DNA of 48,709 nt from Flavobacteriales bacterium (lineage in GTDB: Bacteria > Bacteroidota > Bacteroidia > Flavobacteriales > UBA1820), in NCBI GenBank assembly GCA_017537565.1, contig JAFYKQ010000097.1:1-48709 (forward strand). The letters run 5' to 3'. Below, piece after piece: positions 44,901 to 48,709 of the stretch (the first letter of the stretch is position 1; each line of letters opens with the position of its first letter). A program made the position numbers and the translations under genes. The notes beneath the pieces were generated by a model that had not been told where the DNA came from, did no database searches, and saw only the letters and a program-made list of their open reading frames with translations.

Positions 44901-45483
44901 TGTAAACGTACTGGTACTGGATACCGAGGTTTACTCAAACACTGGTGGTCAGTCATCTAAATCTACACCTATAGGTGCGATAGCCAAATTTGCTACATCG
45001 GGTAAACGCATACGTAAGAAAGACCTGGGTATGATGGCTATTTCTTATGGTTATGTATATGTAGCACAGGTAGCTATGGGTGCCAACAACGCTCAGTTGC
45101 TCAAAGCGATGAAAGAAGCCGAAGCATATGACGGTCCATCACTTATCATTGCTTATTCTCCATGTATCAACCACGGTATCAAGGCTGGTATGACAAACTC
45201 ACAGGAGGTTGAAAAACGTGCTGTTGAGTGTGGTTACTGGCACTTGTATCGTTACAACCCAGCACTGGAAGCCGAAGGCAAAAACCCATTCACGCTGGAT
45301 AGCAAAGAGCCTAACTGGGACGCTTTCCAAGACTTTATCTTGAATGAAGTACGTTTCTCTTCGCTTAAAAAGGCATTCCCTGTCGAAGCCGAAGACCTAT
45401 TCCGTGCCACACAGGAAAATGCTCTATGGCGTTACAAATCATACCTGCGTCTTTCATCAAACGTATGGGGTGATAAAGAGTAA
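41938..45483 (+). CDS. nifJ: pyruvate:ferredoxin (flavodoxin) oxidoreductase, single-chain
   Basis: The 1181 aa protein starts DGNYAAAHVSY. It has a ferredoxin domain (CIQCNQCAYVCPH, CTGCNNCVAVCP) and the TPP motif GGDGWAYDIGYGGLDH. Confidence 0.95.
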   Translation: MAKEKKFITCDGNYAAAHVSYLFSELAAIYPITPSSTMAELVDEWASAGKKNFWGEKVKVVEMQSEGGAAGAVHGSLQAGVLTSTYTASQGLLLMIPNMYKIAGELLPAVFHVSARALATSSLSIFGDHGDVMAARQTGFAMLASAGVQEAMDLAGVAHLSTLKGRVPFVHFFDGFRTSHEIQKIEEIDAESLKALIDEKALAEFRARALNPNAPVTRGTAQNQDVHFQSVESANRYYDALPEIVQEYMEKVSAVCGRKYNLFDYYGAPDAENVVIAMGSATQTICQTVDYLNAQGKKVGVVVVRLFRPFSAKHFLSVLPETVKRIAVLDRTKEAGSAGEPLYQDVRTVLFEKGSDIQVVGGRYGLSSKDVTPAHIMSVYENLELPEPKNNFTIGIVDDVTFLSLPMKEEIALADATTFEAKFYGLGADGTVGANKNTIKIIGESTDKYCQAYFAYDSKKSGGFTCSHLRFGDKPIDTPYLVTTPNFVACHVTPYLTKYDMLRGIKDGGTFLLNSLYNEEETKALLPDSVKSILAKKHINFYIINATKIAREIGLGGRTNTILQSAFFKIADVIPYEKAVEEMKHFIEKSYGKKGADIVEKNYAAVDRGGEYIKVEVPAEWAEIEATFVPETPERPTPTDFVTAVCDPVNAQMGDDLPVSVFKGYEDGTLPAGTAAYEKRGIAVTVPKWNSATCIQCNQCAYVCPHAAIRPFLLTDEEAAALPEGVETKQGAASLKAYKFRIQVSPLDCTGCNNCVAVCPTKEKSLVMTPLAEMMGEQSLFEHLHANVGYKEVVDKSQNVKNSQFSQPLFEYSGACAGCGETPYVKLVSQLFGDHTMVANATGCSSIYSGSFPASPYTTNAKGQGPAWANSLFEDNAEFGLGMRLGSERMRSRLVELMNRAIASDECPEEMKATFAEWIEKRNDVKEAERLAAVIEEMCGGCDCDICREIIILKGYLTKRSQWIIGGDGWAYDIGYGGLDHVLASGENVNVLVLDTEVYSNTGGQSSKSTPIGAIAKFATSGKRIRKKDLGMMAISYGYVYVAQVAMGANNAQLLKAMKEAEAYDGPSLIIAYSPCINHGIKAGMTNSQEVEKRAVECGYWHLYRYNPALEAEGKNPFTLDSKEPNWDAFQDFILNEVRFSSLKKAFPVEAEDLFRATQENALWRYKSYLRLSSNVWGDKE

Positions 45484-45518
45484 ATAAAGACATATTTACA
45501 TAAAAAGACGCGACCTCC

Positions 45519-45552
45519 CGAAATCTCGGGAGGTCGCTTTTTTATTAAATGG
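45519..45552 (+). terminator. intrinsic terminator of the PFOR operon
   Basis: GCGACCTCCCGA-AATC-TCGGGAGGTCGC forms a 12 bp stem followed by TTTTTT. Confidence 0.88.
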
Positions 45553-45604
45553 TTAAATTTAAAGTTAAAATTGTTTTTTTTTGCATACGGAGATTTTTAA
45601 GTTT

Positions 45605-45612
45605 TACATTTG
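45605..45612 (+). promoter_or_regulatory. -7 promoter box TACATTTG for the 45642 lipoprotein gene
   Basis: Exact TAnnTTTG match 30 nt upstream of the ATG at 45642. Confidence 0.5.
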
Positions 45613-45641
45613 TATAGTCAAACCAATAGTATATTTTGATT

Positions 45642-46439
45642 ATGAGAAAAATAACAATTGTTGCCATGGTAATGGCTGTGTGTGGAATGCTAAGCGTAAG
45701 CTGCAGTAAAGATTCTGGTTCTGGGAGTGGAGACCTTCCTATTTATGATAATGCTATAGTGAGTTATACCAATACCGCTAAACCCTGTACTGTGAATGTA
45801 GGTGGTAGTAATTCTTATATCTCGTGGACTAACCTATATCCCAATCACTTTGCTCGTATAACATTTTTAAATAAAGATGTTAATAACGACGCTATAAATG
45901 GTGGTTATGTTGCGGGTTTCTTATCTGGGATGTTTGATGATGGTGAAAAGATGAAGGGTGACCGAGAGCATTGGAAGATGGATTTTGAGACCTATGATTC
46001 TCTTATGTATGCACATAACGATGTGGATTTGCCTAAAAAAGTAAGCTTGATATGTGCTGCCATTAGTGGTATTGGCGTAACATATACTCCCATAAAAAAG
46101 ATAACCGTTACTTCGTCCAAAGATTATGACGCTGCCCACCCTGCTGGTACAGACCTTGCAGATGTGCTGGATATATCATTTATGTCTTATGCAGAAGTAC
46201 TGGCAAATGATTTTGATTATGACAAGATAAAGATAGGTAAGAGGAATGATAATGGGTTGGTGATAAAAGAGCCACTATCCCAGTTCAATACCGAAAACAG
46301 AAAACTCCTATCGTGGATGTATGGGCTTTATGCCAGAAAACAACCGGTGGAAAAATCTGGACACGTTATAACCGTTACTATGGAATTTACAGATGGTAAT
46401 GTGTTTACAGCTACATCGGCAGCTATGGATATTTTTTAA
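45642..46439 (+). CDS. lipoprotein of unknown function
   Basis: A lipobox is present (MRKITIVAMVMAVCGMLSVSC, followed by SKDSGSGSG). I recognise no domain. The alternative start is 45636. Confidence 0.6.
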   Translation: MRKITIVAMVMAVCGMLSVSCSKDSGSGSGDLPIYDNAIVSYTNTAKPCTVNVGGSNSYISWTNLYPNHFARITFLNKDVNNDAINGGYVAGFLSGMFDDGEKMKGDREHWKMDFETYDSLMYAHNDVDLPKKVSLICAAISGIGVTYTPIKKITVTSSKDYDAAHPAGTDLADVLDISFMSYAEVLANDFDYDKIKIGKRNDNGLVIKEPLSQFNTENRKLLSWMYGLYARKQPVEKSGHVITVTMEFTDGNVFTATSAAMDIF

Positions 46440-46462
46440 TGACGGTATCGTGTAAATATAAA

Positions 46463-46493
46463 GCGACCTCCCGATTCGGGAGGTCGCTTTTTT
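46463..46493 (+). terminator. intrinsic terminator of the lipoprotein gene, with nearly the same stem as 45519-45552
   Basis: GCGACCTCCCG-ATT-CGGGAGGTCGC followed by TTTTTT. Confidence 0.88.
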
Positions 46494-46608
46494 ATGCCCT
46501 AATGCTATGGTAGTGAACACTCTTAAAAAAATGTTAAAGCGTTAAAATGTGGGATTTGTTAAAGTGGGATAAAAAATGGCTTATGATTGTGTTATGTGTT
46601 ATGTTTTG

Positions 46609-46616
46609 CGTACCTT
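46609..46616 (+). promoter_or_regulatory. -7 promoter box TACCTTTG for the TonB-dependent receptor gene
   Basis: Exact TAnnTTTG match 107 nt upstream of the ATG at 46723. Confidence 0.45.
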
Positions 46617-46722
46617 TGCCACGACAATTAAAATAGGGATATTGTTTATGTTTTGTTAAAAAACATGCCAAACATCGATAAAATAATAAATCATAATATC
46701 TAATTAATTAAATAAACTTTTT

Positions 46723-48709
46723 ATGAAAACATTCTTTAGAAGTTTTGCACTAATGATTGTTCTTCTGGCATCTGGCGTAGTAGCTACCGCACAGGTAACA
46801 ACAGCCAGCATAGGCGGTGTGGTAACATCTGCCGAAGGTGAAGCCCTACCAGGAGCAACTGTTAAAGCTACACACACTCCTACAGGAACGGTTTATTTTG
46901 TATCTACTCACACAAATGGTAGATATAACATAGCCGGTATGCGTATAGGTGGACCTTACACTCTAGAAATCTCATTTGTGGGATTCAAGACAGAGGTAAT
47001 AAATAACCTTTCTCTTGCACTGGCCGAAGAAGCTGTGTATGATGTCAAAATGAGCGAAGAAACTATGACACTGGACGACGTGGTGATAGTAGGTGAACGC
47101 AACCCTATCATTGGCCCAAACCGTACAGGTTCACAGGAAATCTTCACTCGTGAAAAAATGGACCGTCTTCCTACTATAGACCGTTCATTGGCAGATTTCA
47201 CAAAACTTACTCCTACAGCGTCTAATGGTAACTTTGCAGGTACATCATACCGTTATAACAATACTACGGTAGATGGTGCATCGTTTAACAACTCATTTGG
47301 TCTTTCATCTGCACTGGGTGCTAGCGGTATAGAACCTATATCTCTGGAAGCCATAGAACAGATACAGGTGATGATTGCTCCTTTTGACGTACGTAACGGT
47401 GCCTTCACAGGTGCTGGTATCAACTCTGTAACCAAATCTGGTACCAACCAGTGGAAAGGTACTGCATACTGGTATATGAAATCACCAGAACTAGAAGGTA
47501 CACGCCAAAAAGATGTAAAAGTAGCCAAAAATGACTTTACAGAAAACCACTATGGTGTATCTGTAGGCGGTCCTATCATTAAGAACAAACTGTTCTTCTT
47601 CCTTAATGCCGAAATGGACCGTATAGCTACTCCAGTTAACTGGCGTCCACGTCCTAATGCCTCTACTCCTACTGCCGGTACAAACTACTCTATCGCCGAC
47701 GAAGAGACATTAGGAAAATTGGCACAGTTCCTTATCGATAACTTTGATTACAACCCAGGTTCATATAACGTGTCTTCTGTTCCTACCGAAGCAGACCGTA
47801 TCACAGCTCGTATAGACTGGAACATCGACACAAAAAATACATTGAGCTTTAAGTATTTCTACCTACGTTCATTCTCTACTAGCTACCCATCTACTTCGGG
47901 TGCTATGCCTAATGGTCGTGGTGCCAACAAATTTGCCATACCTTTCTCTTCTTCTTACTACCGTGGAAATAACAACTTCCACATCTTTATGGCAGACCTT
48001 AACACCACTATCAATGAACGTATGTCAAACACTCTTAAAGTAGGTTACTCTATGTTGCGTGACTACCGCTCTATGGACGGTGGTTTCTTCCCAGAAGTAA
48101 ACATAGGTGATGGTAGCTCTACTGGTGGTAAGTCAAACGCTTTCACTACATTTGGTACCGAAGCCAACTCTTATAACAACCTTCTACATTCAGATATCTT
48201 CCAGATTCAGGATAACTTGACTTGGATAGTAGGAGACCACCAGCTTACATTTGGTACACAGAGTGACTACCGTACATTCAAGAACGGTTTTGCCAACTCA
48301 TTTGCTGGTCAATATAAATATGACAGCATAGAGCAGTTCTATGAAGATGCAAAGGCTCACCTTAACTGGGTGGCAGCAGGTAGCGACCCTTCTAAACGTC
48401 CTACTTCAAACGCTTCTTACTACAAACAGGTTTATGCAGTAGATGGTGGATTCCCATTTGCATACACTAGCGTTCTTACACTAGGTTTCTATGCACAGGA
48501 CCGTTGGACTATCACTCCTAAATTCAACCTTACATTTGGTGTACGTGCAGACATTCCTATCTTCACAAGTTCTATCGAGAAAAACACTATATTTGACGGT
48601 GTAACATTTGCTGGTGACCGCAAGATAGACACATCAAAACTTCCTTCTACAAAGGTTCTTATCTCTCCTCGCGTAGGATTTAACTGGGACGTATTGGGTG
48701 ACCGCACAC
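46723..48709 (+). CDS. TonB-dependent outer-membrane receptor with an N-terminal carboxypeptidase-regulatory-like domain (Oar-like); 3' end beyond the window
   Basis: My translation from the ATG at 46723 gives MKTFFRSFALMIVLLASGVVATAQVTTASIGGVVTSAEGEALPGATVKATHTPTGTVYFVSTHTNGRYNIAGMRIGGPYTLEISFVGF.... A plug-domain pattern follows (IEQIQVMIAPFDVRNG). The frame is open to the window end and is absent from the ORF track because there is no stop. Confidence 0.85.
   Translation, partial: MKTFFRSFALMIVLLASGVVATAQVTTASIGGVVTSAEGEALPGATVKATHTPTGTVYFVSTHTNGRYNIAGMRIGGPYTLEISFVGFKTEVINNLSLALAEEAVYDVKMSEETMTLDDVVIVGERNPIIGPNRTGSQEIFTREKMDRLPTIDRSLADFTKLTPTASNGNFAGTSYRYNNTTVDGASFNNSFGLSSALGASGIEPISLEAIEQIQVMIAPFDVRNGAFTGAGINSVTKSGTNQWKGTAYWYMKSPELEGTRQKDVKVAKNDFTENHYGVSVGGPIIKNKLFFFLNAEMDRIATPVNWRPRPNASTPTAGTNYSIADEETLGKLAQFLIDNFDYNPGSYNVSSVPTEADRITARIDWNIDTKNTLSFKYFYLRSFSTSYPSTSGAMPNGRGANKFAIPFSSSYYRGNNNFHIFMADLNTTINERMSNTLKVGYSMLRDYRSMDGGFFPEVNIGDGSSTGGKSNAFTTFGTEANSYNNLLHSDIFQIQDNLTWIVGDHQLTFGTQSDYRTFKNGFANSFAGQYKYDSIEQFYEDAKAHLNWVAAGSDPSKRPTSNASYYKQVYAVDGGFPFAYTSVLTLGFYAQDRWTITPKFNLTFGVRADIPIFTSSIEKNTIFDGVTFAGDRKIDTSKLPSTKVLISPRVGFNWDVLGDRT

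Overview
This 48.7 kb window looks like a chromosomal segment of a Bacteroidota (Bacteroidales-like) genome. The evidence is repeated TAnnTTTG -7 promoter boxes 20-60 nt upstream of most start codons, many lipoprotein or secreted proteins, an Oar-like TonB-dependent receptor, and moderate to low GC. I support 37 protein-coding genes and one tRNA-Pro(GGG). Most genes are housekeeping: mnmA, rbfA, carB, trmB, mnmG, MutS2, an AddA-like helicase-nuclease, an aminotransferase and an NfnAB-PFOR operon. Several clean intrinsic terminators are also present. I saw no CRISPR array, transposase, integrase, phage genes or rRNA. The best candidates for something undescribed are listed below.

1. A rod-like, roughly 190 nt structured RNA element (17882-18068) has five nested perfect helices. 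It sits between the only minus-strand promoter box in its gap and a two-gene operon of tandem paralogous PEGA-like secreted proteins (15857-17806).
2. A single-polypeptide ETF-like protein (FixA-like domain fused to the FixB C-terminal FAD domain) heads an apparent operon with a DUF151/UVR nuclease and a NupC transporter (34301-38020).
3. A 780 bp, very AT-rich gene-free region (25997-26776) carries one perfect DnaA box. It could be oriC or a silenced AT-rich islet with the adjacent MORN-repeat gene.
4. A secreted GGYY / Gln-Met-rich protein ends in a DnaJ-type CxxCxGxG zinc finger (6981-7526).
5. Twin TGAATGAAC|GTTCATTCA operators bracket the promoter of an acyl-CoA synthetase gene.

All functional calls rest on my own reading of motifs in the supplied translations. 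No database search was run.
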